Positions 8,270 to 16,866 of a DNA stretch of 37,517 nucleotides are shown here, one piece after another (position 1 is the stretch's first letter; every line of letters begins with the position of its first letter). The stretch is from IMG/VR virus record IMGVR_UViG_3300033067_001111, positions 64,001-101,517 of that record; one strand, given 5' to 3'. The translations under genes and the position numbers were made by a program. The notes below the pieces were generated by a model, which did no database searches, was not told the origin of the DNA, and was given only the letters and a program-made list of their open reading frames with translations. The stretch is from a virus (taxonomy: Duplodnaviria; Heunggongvirae; Uroviricota; Caudoviricetes).

Positions 8270-10458
8270 TGAGATTTGTTAACGGCAGAATGCACGTGGT
8301 GGAGAAAGCTCTGGCCCCAGTGCTCAATCCCTTGCGTCTAGACCCAAGCCAATCACTGGAAAGTGTGTCGGTCGCAGACATGTCTGTATCACAGTGTCGG
8401 ACTTTGTATCCTATGATTCGTGCCATTAACAGTGGCCGTCCGACCCGAAACTTTACGTTCTACACTCGCCAGAGCTTGATGGGTAAGGAGAATGGACCAG
8501 ATAGTACTGGTTATTATTCCTACGTTCGCCCATTTGGTAAGCCCATCATTCGTGAGCACCAGTTGCAGGCTGAACAGGGTTTGTTCGGACCAGTGGGTGA
8601 GGCTGATCCGCCTATGGGTCGTGCTATTTACAGTACGTACGTAAAGCGGGGTGCCACTGAAGCCCAGACTCCAAACAAGCCAGGATTTCCTGGAACGGTG
8701 GAGGGAGATGGTTATCTGCTTGTAGTGGCTGCGATCAGCGAAGAGCAGGCTATGAATCGCATTCTGGGCGGCCAGTACCACACAGTCTCTATTGGGGCAG
8801 ACGTTGAGTCCGTAGTAGAGAGCATTTCTGGTATTGACTTGGCCAAGGCCTATCGTAATGGAGAGGAGTTACCTACTTACGAGCGGGGTATGTTCTATCT
8901 GGTAAACGGTGAGAACAAGCTAAGCTACTGGACAATGGGTCCAATCCGCGGCCGAGAACTTTCTTTTGTCAACTCACCTAGTGACGAACAGGCTGGTGTT
9001 GTGCAGAAGGATATTGGCGAGTATGGTCTGCAGCTTCTTATCGGCCAGAAGAAGATGGGGAGCAAGGAATTTGCGTTGTACGACGCAAAGACCCTAGACA
9101 TGGTGATGGAGAGCACGCACGAAGGTGCGTGGGACACTTCCTACTCTTTCGTTGACAGTATGGAATATCAGCCTAATACAGTGCTGGTGCCAGCGGGTGG
9201 CGGTGGATTTATGGCCTGTGAGAGCTTGCAGACCTCTATTTCCAATACCGAGCCCCAAATGGAGCAGAATAAGATGGATAAGATTTTAGAAGGAATTAAG
9301 ACTGAAGCAACGGTACAGGCTAATCGCCAGTATCTTGCCGAAGCATTGAACGGTGTTGACACCCTTACCTTAGACGAACCTGCCCAGAAGGTGCTTGAAA
9401 GTCTGTTGCCTGCTGAGCTTGTAACAGAGTTGCCGGCTGTGGCCAACGGTGAGACCACGTTGGTATTCAGTAATGAGCCAGCTATGCAGGAGGCCACGGA
9501 CAAGGCTACGGAGCTCGTAGGATCTTGGACTGAGCAGAGTGCGGGTTTGGCAATGGTCCTTTACCTGGCGACCGAAGCACACACCGTAGAGTTCCCACAG
9601 GATGAGACCCGGCCTTGCACGTTGGGCGATGTCTGGGGTGAGAAGGCTGGAGAGTTGAAGGATAAGGCCTTGGGTATGACCCTGGGCGAATTCCGAGCAC
9701 TGAAGGCCGAGGACCTGACTGGTTCCTGGGAACACTCAATGCTCCAGAACAAGTTTGAAGACGGCTGCACTGAGTTTGCTGTTGCCACCGTGGTAATGGG
9801 CTGCCAGAGTGAGGCGTGCACAAAGGCGTGGGAGACCGTGGCGGACAGCACCCTTATCAATACGGCTGAGGATTTTGCTAAGCTTGAGGGCTTGGCAGAG
9901 ACCTGGTCTTATGATGACGCAAGCCTGACGGCGGCTAAGACCCAGTTGGAGTCATTTAACACTCTTAAGGACAGTGTGGGTATGAAGTTGATGGAAGCGT
10001 TGAATACTGATAAGCTCAACGAATTTGACTTCTCAACACTAACGTTCGAGACCAAGCTACCTAGTCCTCTATTGGTTACCAGTGAGTTCTTTGTCCAGAA
10101 GTATTTCCAGACTGAGTCCTCTATTGGGGTAAGAGAGTACTTAGCTCCTCTAGTAGGTATTGTACGCAAGCTGAATGTTGATAAAAAGACATTGGAAGCG
10201 GCAGGCAAAGCCTACGGGTATTTGGGTAGCGGCGTATTGCGAACATATCTGGCAGGGATTCCGGAAAGTGCAGGGGAACCTGCGGCCCCGACGACAGCCA
10301 GTGAGAAATCTAACAACCCAATCCAGGTCATTCCAAGCGTTGCTGCGACTGGAACCGATCTGTCTGACACTGAGCCCACATCCGTGACCGAGTCCCAGAC
10401 CCGTGTTTCAAGAATGCAGGCTTTCCGTGTGGAAAGAAAATCTCGCAGCAAGAAGTAA
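8269..10458 (+). CDS. Prohead protease fused to an acidic scaffold domain
   Basis: N-terminal KPIIREH (His), PMGRA, QYHTVSIG (Ser) and RELSFVNSPSD match the phage prohead Ser-His protease pattern; the C-terminal ~400 aa are acidic and helical; position between portal and capsid genes. Confidence 0.85.
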   Translation: MRFVNGRMHVVEKALAPVLNPLRLDPSQSLESVSVADMSVSQCRTLYPMIRAINSGRPTRNFTFYTRQSLMGKENGPDSTGYYSYVRPFGKPIIREHQLQAEQGLFGPVGEADPPMGRAIYSTYVKRGATEAQTPNKPGFPGTVEGDGYLLVVAAISEEQAMNRILGGQYHTVSIGADVESVVESISGIDLAKAYRNGEELPTYERGMFYLVNGENKLSYWTMGPIRGRELSFVNSPSDEQAGVVQKDIGEYGLQLLIGQKKMGSKEFALYDAKTLDMVMESTHEGAWDTSYSFVDSMEYQPNTVLVPAGGGGFMACESLQTSISNTEPQMEQNKMDKILEGIKTEATVQANRQYLAEALNGVDTLTLDEPAQKVLESLLPAELVTELPAVANGETTLVFSNEPAMQEATDKATELVGSWTEQSAGLAMVLYLATEAHTVEFPQDETRPCTLGDVWGEKAGELKDKALGMTLGEFRALKAEDLTGSWEHSMLQNKFEDGCTEFAVATVVMGCQSEACTKAWETVADSTLINTAEDFAKLEGLAETWSYDDASLTAAKTQLESFNTLKDSVGMKLMEALNTDKLNEFDFSTLTFETKLPSPLLVTSEFFVQKYFQTESSIGVREYLAPLVGIVRKLNVDKKTLEAAGKAYGYLGSGVLRTYLAGIPESAGEPAAPTTASEKSNNPIQVIPSVAATGTDLSDTEPTSVTESQTRVSRMQAFRVERKSRSKK
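9233..9264 (+). promoter_or_regulatory. Internal CCTCTATT motif plus GGAG RBS inside the protease gene
   Basis: CCTCTATTT at 9233-9241, GGAG at 9261-9264, in-frame ATG at 9274. Confidence 0.5.
9274..10458 (+). CDS. Putative nested scaffold protein (394 aa), in frame within the protease gene
   Basis: ATG 9274 is in frame (offset 1005 nt), has GGAG 9 nt upstream and the motif just before, and sits at the protease/acidic-domain boundary. Confidence 0.5.
   Translation: MDKILEGIKTEATVQANRQYLAEALNGVDTLTLDEPAQKVLESLLPAELVTELPAVANGETTLVFSNEPAMQEATDKATELVGSWTEQSAGLAMVLYLATEAHTVEFPQDETRPCTLGDVWGEKAGELKDKALGMTLGEFRALKAEDLTGSWEHSMLQNKFEDGCTEFAVATVVMGCQSEACTKAWETVADSTLINTAEDFAKLEGLAETWSYDDASLTAAKTQLESFNTLKDSVGMKLMEALNTDKLNEFDFSTLTFETKLPSPLLVTSEFFVQKYFQTESSIGVREYLAPLVGIVRKLNVDKKTLEAAGKAYGYLGSGVLRTYLAGIPESAGEPAAPTTASEKSNNPIQVIPSVAATGTDLSDTEPTSVTESQTRVSRMQAFRVERKSRSKK
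10063..10127 (+). repeat. 13-bp direct repeat AGTCCTCTATTGG x2, each containing the CCTCTATT motif
   Basis: Copies at 10063-10075 and 10115-10127, 52 nt apart, in different codon phases. Confidence 0.7.
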
Positions 10459-10477
10459 GTAGGAGAAGACGAACGAA

Positions 10478-11863
10478 ATGGCTGATTATTCCGGCATGTT
10501 TGGAGCTCACCAGATTCCTGGACGCCGATGGGCGCCCCAGGTAGAGCTTAGCGCCCCTAATGTAGGTCAGATTCCGCCTGGACCATTCAAGGTTGACCCA
10601 TACCTAGCAGGTATTGGTACAGACCCCTTTGATCCAGCGGGAGTTATTGCCGTACCTAGTGGCCGTATTGTTTCTATCGGTAATGCGTCTAGCATCAACG
10701 GTGGTAACAACGGTTATCGAATGGGTGTGTCTGGTACTGGCCGTACACCAATTACGCTTCATGATGGTCGGTATTTGACACCGGCTGGCATGAGCATCAA
10801 CCAGATGTACAAGGATGCGAACACAAACCAGTATATGACGAACTCTAACACAGTTCGATACCGAAAGGGTTTCATGGCTGGCGTCCCGTTCGTGACCGCG
10901 ATTAACAATGCTTATGGTACGCTTGTTGCTGGTGACCGAGTTACCGGTTACTACGGATCTACCACGAGCACGACAGTTCAGAGCAACTTGCACAAGGGTA
11001 AGCCAGTTAAGTGGGTACCTAAGGCAGCTCAGTGGAAGAACCAGGTAGGTGCTACTACAGCGACTTTGAGCGCAGCAATTTACCCTGGCATCCAGCCAAC
11101 AGTTATTGCCGCGTTGAACGCAGGTACCGTTTTGGCTACAGGTAGCTCAGCTACTCTTTCGTGGAGCGGTAGTGCATGGGTTGCAACCTTCCAGAACACC
11201 GTGACGGACGTTCTGTACGAGTGGGGTCAGGAGCCAGATCAGATTGCTGGTGAAGTGGTTCGAATCAAGAGCATTACAGATATGCTTAACGATGACAACT
11301 TCTTGAAGTGGGTTGAGTTCGCACCGAACGACTACCTTAACTTCCCGCCTGCTATGCAGCGAATGCCAGTTACGGCAGTTGGTACGGGTTCAAACCCGGT
11401 TGATGGTACGGGCTGGGAAACTCCTAGCACTGTAACCGCCAACATTCAGTATCGTGTGGCCAGCTACCCGATTAGCGTTCACCAGCCAGTGTTGGTTGCT
11501 ATTCAGGGAACTATCACAGATGTCAATGGTAACTCTACAACCTACTCAGGTTCTGGAGCGAGTGCTTGGTACATTCTACCTACATCGTCCATCGCAGATA
11601 TGCGCGGATACTTTGTGGGTCTGTATCACACAGTTAACTGGAGAACGGGTCTGATTGAGTTCAGCTCCAACGTAACCAGCGTAACTGCAATCCGAGCCCT
11701 CTATAGTTACATTAGCAACCCAAGAGACGGCGCAGTCCTGTGGGGCGGTGGTGTACTCGGTCTGACTGATGGTACTCAGGTACTAAACGGACCTCGGTAC
11801 GGTACTCCTGCCCACTTGAACGTGGTTGACTCAATCGGTGAGTTGCGGGTAATTATTTACTAA
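10478..11863 (+). CDS. Putative head decoration/capsid-stabilising protein
   Basis: 461 aa, G/T/S/A/V-rich and beta-type, immediately before the major capsid gene; AGGAG at 10461-10465. Call is by synteny and composition. Confidence 0.6.
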   Translation: MADYSGMFGAHQIPGRRWAPQVELSAPNVGQIPPGPFKVDPYLAGIGTDPFDPAGVIAVPSGRIVSIGNASSINGGNNGYRMGVSGTGRTPITLHDGRYLTPAGMSINQMYKDANTNQYMTNSNTVRYRKGFMAGVPFVTAINNAYGTLVAGDRVTGYYGSTTSTTVQSNLHKGKPVKWVPKAAQWKNQVGATTATLSAAIYPGIQPTVIAALNAGTVLATGSSATLSWSGSAWVATFQNTVTDVLYEWGQEPDQIAGEVVRIKSITDMLNDDNFLKWVEFAPNDYLNFPPAMQRMPVTAVGTGSNPVDGTGWETPSTVTANIQYRVASYPISVHQPVLVAIQGTITDVNGNSTTYSGSGASAWYILPTSSIADMRGYFVGLYHTVNWRTGLIEFSSNVTSVTAIRALYSYISNPRDGAVLWGGGVLGLTDGTQVLNGPRYGTPAHLNVVDSIGELRVIIY

Positions 11864-11869
11864 GCAGAA

Positions 11870-11894
11870 TTGGGGGACGTAGATCGTCCCCCAA
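11870..11894 (+). other. 10-bp GC-rich hairpin between the decoration and capsid genes
   Basis: TTGGGGGACG (11870-11879) / CGTCCCCCAA (11885-11894), loop TAGAT; followed by an A-run, not a U-run. Confidence 0.7.
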
Positions 11895-11918
11895 CCAAAA
11901 AAGGAAAAGGTAAGAGGA

Positions 11919-13160
11919 ATGAAGAAGACTATCTACAGCCTAATGCAGAAGGTACTGGAGGGTGCACCCGAAGATTTGTACGGGTACGCCGCCGCCCTCG
12001 GTGTCAAGGTTGGCCAGGAGACGAACGCAGCCGACAACATCCTCACAGAGGGAGACCTTCAGGACAGACTGAACGAAACTCGTGAGTTTATTTACGCTCA
12101 GCTGACAGGAAAGGACTATGAGGGCAACGCACTCGTATTTCCATCGCCTGTTCCTTATAAGGAAGCTGTCTCATCTGCCGACTTGTCAATCGTTGTGCCC
12201 CGCGTTATTAACAACGTGCTTCAGGAGCCAACAGAACCATTGCTGGTTCTGCAGAATATGATCGCTGAGCCAATCGAATTGCCGTTTGACTCACCTAACT
12301 ATATTGAGTTCCCATACATGGGTGCTTTCGTCGCCGAGGAAATGGCCGAAGGTCAGCAGTACCAGGTACAGACTGGTAACTTCGGGCAGGGACGAATCAG
12401 CTTGCGAATTGGCAAGATCGGTTTGGCAGCAGCTTTGACCGACGAAGTCATTCGACTAAGTATGTGGCCGCTCATCAACATCCACCTTCGGGCGATGGCA
12501 AATGCTATCAATCGTCGAAAGGAAGCTAGCCTGTATTCCGCCATGTTGGCAGAGTGCCAGGAGGTTTTCGACAACGATGATGCAGATACCACCAAGCGAA
12601 CAACTGGTGTTGCTACTAACCAGACTTGGAATGGAACTTTCTCCTACTTTGATATGATCAAGATGTGGAGTGTTATGATCAATAACCGATATAACGCTAC
12701 CCACTTGCTTGCTCATCCTTTGATGTGGGCGACATTTGCACAGGATCCGTACCTGATGGCAACGTTCATGCACGGTGGTCAGATTGGCCAGGGTGTTTGG
12801 ACTCGACCTCCTCAGTACGACCAGCAGGTGAACATTCCGTTCAACATTCAGTACTTGCCATACTATGCTATTCCGTTCACAGAGCGAGCTACCTTGACTC
12901 TGTCCGGTTCTGGCTTGGGTGCAACTCTGGTCTCCGACTTCTACATGATTGATAAGTCCAACTCCCTGTATCAGGCGACACGTGGACCGATTGAGATGGA
13001 TGAGAAGGAAGACTGGTATGCAGACGGTAAGGTGCTGAAGGCACGACAGTACTTTGGTGCTGCGGTTAAGGATGGCGGTAAGGGTATGTTGATTGCCCGA
13101 AACATCCGAACTGCTCGAAACTATGAGGCCTTGTTCACAGTTCGACAGGTAACCAGCTAA
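11919..13160 (+). CDS. Major capsid protein (HK97 fold)
   Basis: 413 aa; VVPRVINNVLQEP, AEEMAEGQQY, IGKIGLAAALTDEVIRLS...LRAMANAINRRKE are HK97-type capsid segments; followed by a strong terminator. Confidence 0.9.
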   Translation: MKKTIYSLMQKVLEGAPEDLYGYAAALGVKVGQETNAADNILTEGDLQDRLNETREFIYAQLTGKDYEGNALVFPSPVPYKEAVSSADLSIVVPRVINNVLQEPTEPLLVLQNMIAEPIELPFDSPNYIEFPYMGAFVAEEMAEGQQYQVQTGNFGQGRISLRIGKIGLAAALTDEVIRLSMWPLINIHLRAMANAINRRKEASLYSAMLAECQEVFDNDDADTTKRTTGVATNQTWNGTFSYFDMIKMWSVMINNRYNATHLLAHPLMWATFAQDPYLMATFMHGGQIGQGVWTRPPQYDQQVNIPFNIQYLPYYAIPFTERATLTLSGSGLGATLVSDFYMIDKSNSLYQATRGPIEMDEKEDWYADGKVLKARQYFGAAVKDGGKGMLIARNIRTARNYEALFTVRQVTS

Positions 13161-13173
13161 ACGATTGGCACGA

Positions 13174-13192
13174 GGGGAGATGCAATCTCCCC
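13174..13192 (+). other. Hairpin after the capsid gene
   Basis: GGGGAGAT (13174-13181) / ATCTCCCC (13185-13192), loop GCA. Confidence 0.6.
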
Positions 13193-13207
13193 GAGTCCAT
13201 AAACTTC

Positions 13208-13238
13208 AAGCCCCCAGGTCCAGGGGGCTTCTTTTTTT
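13208..13238 (+). terminator. Rho-independent terminator after the major capsid gene
   Basis: AAGCCCCC / GGGGGCTT 8-bp stem with a 7-nt loop, then C and T7. Confidence 0.85.
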
Positions 13239-13239
13239 A

Positions 13240-13247
13240 CCTCTATT
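13240..13247 (+). promoter_or_regulatory. CCTCTATT motif, putative late promoter restarting transcription after the terminator
   Basis: Exact copy 1 nt after the terminator T-run; GAGGT at 13252-13256; ATG 13266. Confidence 0.6.
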
Positions 13248-13265
13248 GAGTGAGGTCTTAGTATT

Positions 13266-14810
13266 ATGTCGGCTGAATTTCCTGAAATTACGTATCGCGC
13301 ACCGATCCTTCTACTAGGATCCACCTCCGAGCTCCGACCTGACATCAGCATGCAGTGGAACTTGGATGTTGATACCACCCAGTTCAGCACGCCCTCCACC
13401 CTTGCCAGTTTGGTAATGTTGATCAATGAGACAACCAGCTTGCAAATTGAGCTGGAATACGTCTCGTACTCAACTCAAAACCGCGTCCTAACATTGCGGC
13501 CTACCGTGGACATTCCGCGCAGTACACTGTACACGGTGTATGTAGATAGTAAGGTGTTAGCCACTAGCGGGCGTAAGAGCAAACAGGCTTTCCGCTGGCA
13601 GTTTGAGACCGCTGCTGGGTCGTTGGACGCTCCTGGTGTTACGGATCCAGCTGACTACAGTGTACAGAGTACGTTTCCCACCTTCTCCTGGACAGCTGCT
13701 GGTACTGGTACTATAACCTACCTGCTGCAGATAGATGATCGCTGGGATTTTGGATCTGTAGACTACCAGACTACTACTCAGAGTCTGAGTATCAGCCCAA
13801 CTCCTGGTCTGCCCGCAGAGAACACGTATTACTGGAGAGTACTTTCCTATTCGGCTACGGCCACAGGCTCCTGGTCGGATACCAAACAGTTTTATTACGG
13901 AACGCCACGCCAGGCTACGGCCGAGACCCGACAGACTTGGTATGAGGCTGATGACTTTGGTATCGCTCGACAGCATTGGACTAATGGTCTAAGTAACCAA
14001 GGTGGTTTTCCAACCCTTAAACTTACGTTTACCGCCGTACCAAACACAGATTATCAATCATATCTCAGTATGTGGCGACAAGCTATTAGTCCTCGTAATG
14101 ATACGACATCAACGTATCAGTGGGTAGCTGTGGCAGGATCCTGGACCCTTACAGGTAGCAGTATCCAGTTTACACCCGGAGAGGCATTGGTACCAAATAA
14201 CCGGTATGAAATGCGTGTAGATCGGTATCTTTCCAGTGTGGATGGCGTGGCATTGGGCAAGGACTACGTCCTGTACTTCACTTCAGCCTACAGCCCTATG
14301 TACGCAGATCTAAGAGCTGTTCGCAGCCGATTCCTGAGCGCGGAACAGAACATACCAGACGACCTCATTAACTACTTTATCTATCGCGCATCGCTAGAGG
14401 CTAATGCTCGGTACTACATGTATCTGCAGGGTCAGCCATGGGCGTATGGAGATCAACCAACTGAGGGCACAGTACGTGACAGTGCTGCACTCAAGTCCTT
14501 TGGTGTGGGACGCTGGGTTGAGGCCGCTGCCACACTGTCTCTGCTCCAGAGCATCTTGTATGAAAATCTGCGGTTGGTGGACAGCGAACGACAGTTGGGA
14601 GACTACACGTTCAAGTTGGGTCCTGGCTTTATTAAGGCCATGGAACTAGCTATGAAGCAAGCTGCTGAAGACCTAGATTACTGGGAAGACTACCTGTCGG
14701 TCAGCGACCAGTCTCGATCTACAACCCGATCCTATTACTGGAATCCAGCTAACCGAGACTACGATGCTAGCATTGCCGACCTTGAAGCACGAAGGGATAA
14801 CTTGTTCTAA
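13266..14810 (+). CDS. Neck/head-tail adaptor with Ig-like (Big_5/SbsA-type) and FN3-like domains
   Basis: LTLRPTVDIPRSTLYTVYV and IQFTPGEALVPNNRYEMRV (Ig-like); PTFSW...YLLQID...YYWRV...GSWS (FN3-like); helical C-terminus YSPMYADLRAVR...IPDDLINYFIYRAS; first gene after the capsid. Confidence 0.7.
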   Translation: MSAEFPEITYRAPILLLGSTSELRPDISMQWNLDVDTTQFSTPSTLASLVMLINETTSLQIELEYVSYSTQNRVLTLRPTVDIPRSTLYTVYVDSKVLATSGRKSKQAFRWQFETAAGSLDAPGVTDPADYSVQSTFPTFSWTAAGTGTITYLLQIDDRWDFGSVDYQTTTQSLSISPTPGLPAENTYYWRVLSYSATATGSWSDTKQFYYGTPRQATAETRQTWYEADDFGIARQHWTNGLSNQGGFPTLKLTFTAVPNTDYQSYLSMWRQAISPRNDTTSTYQWVAVAGSWTLTGSSIQFTPGEALVPNNRYEMRVDRYLSSVDGVALGKDYVLYFTSAYSPMYADLRAVRSRFLSAEQNIPDDLINYFIYRASLEANARYYMYLQGQPWAYGDQPTEGTVRDSAALKSFGVGRWVEAAATLSLLQSILYENLRLVDSERQLGDYTFKLGPGFIKAMELAMKQAAEDLDYWEDYLSVSDQSRSTTRSYYWNPANRDYDASIADLEARRDNLF

Positions 14811-15448
14811 TGACTAACGAATGGGGTATGGGTAAGGGTGCGTGGAAAGACAGTATGCCACTTGGGCTAGACACCCAGGAATTCATCCTGCAGAACCCAC
14901 AATGGGTGCTGTATATGCGCCGAGATACCAGATTTGTTTGTCCTCACCACCGAGACCCAGCTACGCTCAGTGCTAAGCTGCTTGATGCACCATGCACCAT
15001 CTGCTTTGGGACAGGGGTTAAAGTTGACCCCATGATAGTTCCATGCAGAATCAGTCTGGGTCAACCACGTATTACACACCGAGAAACTGAGTTACGGACC
15101 ATGCCTGGTTGGCTTGAATACTATGTTGCGGCCGCAGATTTCCCACGAGCCGTTATGCCCCAGAATGAAGACCAGATCTTAGTTTGTGAATGGGATAAGC
15201 CAAGTCAAGTGCTAGGTGAGTACCCCCGAGCCCGGGTAATACGCATTGCTAACATCTACTGTATTAAGCAGGTTAATGACTACTTTGAGCGTGAACTGTC
15301 GCATTACAGTGTGGGACTTGAGGCTCAGAACCACGATCTAGGTCGGTTAGCAATGCATCTTCCTGTACTGCGAAATGTTCCGATCATGAATTTGGATAGA
15401 AATCCGCTGTCTGATAACGGACAGTGGCGTGCCCAGAATTACTGGTAA
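14810..15448 (+). CDS. Putative head closure/head-tail joining protein with a Cys/His metal-binding motif
   Basis: 212 aa; VCPHH...PCTICFGTG; synteny after the adaptor; TAATG coupling. Confidence 0.55.
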   Translation: MTNEWGMGKGAWKDSMPLGLDTQEFILQNPQWVLYMRRDTRFVCPHHRDPATLSAKLLDAPCTICFGTGVKVDPMIVPCRISLGQPRITHRETELRTMPGWLEYYVAAADFPRAVMPQNEDQILVCEWDKPSQVLGEYPRARVIRIANIYCIKQVNDYFERELSHYSVGLEAQNHDLGRLAMHLPVLRNVPIMNLDRNPLSDNGQWRAQNYW

Positions 15449-15450
15449 TC

Positions 15451-16866
15451 ATGAAGACAAAGGTATTGTTGGTAGGATTGGCCACGGACGGGCCAGAGAA
15501 CAAGGTTTCACTCATGAGAGATGAGCGAGATCTTCTACGGCTGTATGGTGGGCTGTATACAGAGCGCTTTACGCTGGAAGCAACTGGGACGTCTGTAACC
15601 CTGGACTACGAACCGTACAGAGTACCTAGCACTTCTCTGAACTCCGTGCTTCGTGATTATCTGTACGCACCAGCCGTCAGTGGCCAACAGATACTGTTTG
15701 GATCTGTTGGGGGCTCTGGAGCCCAATTAGATCTTCAGTACAGCCCATACTTGGGTCCCAGTGATTTACTGTGGGCGGGGCGGAAATGGTTGCAGCAAAC
15801 AGGGCAGATGCCATACATTGCTCGGGTTCCTGGATCCAGAGCCTCTGTAGAGGTCGGGAACTGGAAATTTAGTGCCAGATACCATGGCCAGAAGTACAAT
15901 AATGTGCGAGTTGTGTACACGGGTAGTACGCTGACTGTAAGTGGATTGGAACCTAACTATCCTACACTGACATACAGTGGGTATAACGTAAACGACCTGC
16001 GGGAGTTGGTGGAGCGTGATTTTGAGATCGGTACAAGTCCTGTGTACATTGAGCGGGCTGATACCGTAATTCCCACGTTCTCTCAGACGATGACGGGTGG
16101 GGCTGATGGTGTATTTGACACCAGCTCATTCCAATCAATACTAGATGGATTGAATATGCCGGCAGATTGTTCGCACGTAGTTTTCCTCACACCATTGACC
16201 AGCAGCTTTGTACAGAGTGTATCTGACATGTATCGTGAGACCAACGTGCAGCCGCGTATGTTTTTCTTCGCCGCCCCAGAGTTCACGACCACAGCCGAGC
16301 TCTATCTGTTCTATCTTAATACATGGTTGCCTGCCAGACATCCAATGATTGGTATGGTACTGGGTACCGTGGGTTGGGAACTGGATGGACGTACGGTTTC
16401 CCGATATGCTGTGGAGAGTGTGGGTGTTGCCCTAGCACAATCCCAGAACTCCAATCCCACGAACATGGCAATACCCGCTAAGACCTTCAGCCCTCAGCTG
16501 ACAGAAGCGGATTTGGACAACTTTAAACTCGGTGGCATCATGTGTGTGACACGTCACATCATGGCTGACATCAGTACGTACGAGGCAGTGACATCAGCCC
16601 GAACTGAGACCTTCCTCTACAGTAGCAAGGTAGCTGAGATCGCAGCTATAGCCTATCCGTACCTAACGCCTTTCCTGGGCAGTATCTTACCCATGGGACC
16701 AAACGCCCAATTGGCACAGGGCTTGAAGCAAGCACTGTCTGCTATTGAGTGGCTTACGGTAGAAAGTGTTGATTGTCTAGTAGTACTTGATACCATGTAC
16801 GTTACCATATCTGGAATCTTACCCGATGAGATTCTTAAGATAAGCTTTACAGTTAAGAATGTCTAA
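15451..16866 (+). CDS. Tail-sheath-like protein (divergent sheath paralog, 471 aa)
   Basis: Motifs collinear with the 17803 sheath: LVGLATDGPEN, LYG, YIARVPG, ARYHGQKYNNV, MTGGADG. ATG 15451 chosen over the track start at 15424. Confidence 0.7.
   Translation: MKTKVLLVGLATDGPENKVSLMRDERDLLRLYGGLYTERFTLEATGTSVTLDYEPYRVPSTSLNSVLRDYLYAPAVSGQQILFGSVGGSGAQLDLQYSPYLGPSDLLWAGRKWLQQTGQMPYIARVPGSRASVEVGNWKFSARYHGQKYNNVRVVYTGSTLTVSGLEPNYPTLTYSGYNVNDLRELVERDFEIGTSPVYIERADTVIPTFSQTMTGGADGVFDTSSFQSILDGLNMPADCSHVVFLTPLTSSFVQSVSDMYRETNVQPRMFFFAAPEFTTTAELYLFYLNTWLPARHPMIGMVLGTVGWELDGRTVSRYAVESVGVALAQSQNSNPTNMAIPAKTFSPQLTEADLDNFKLGGIMCVTRHIMADISTYEAVTSARTETFLYSSKVAEIAAIAYPYLTPFLGSILPMGPNAQLAQGLKQALSAIEWLTVESVDCLVVLDTMYVTISGILPDEILKISFTVKNV

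Noticed and set aside
11870-12085. + strand 71-aa ORF overlapping the capsid start
   Set aside because: TTG start inside a hairpin, out of frame with the capsid gene, no RBS.
13157-13426. Minus-strand 89-aa ORF across the post-capsid gap
   Set aside because: Runs through two hairpins, the terminator and the start of the neck gene; no coding signal.
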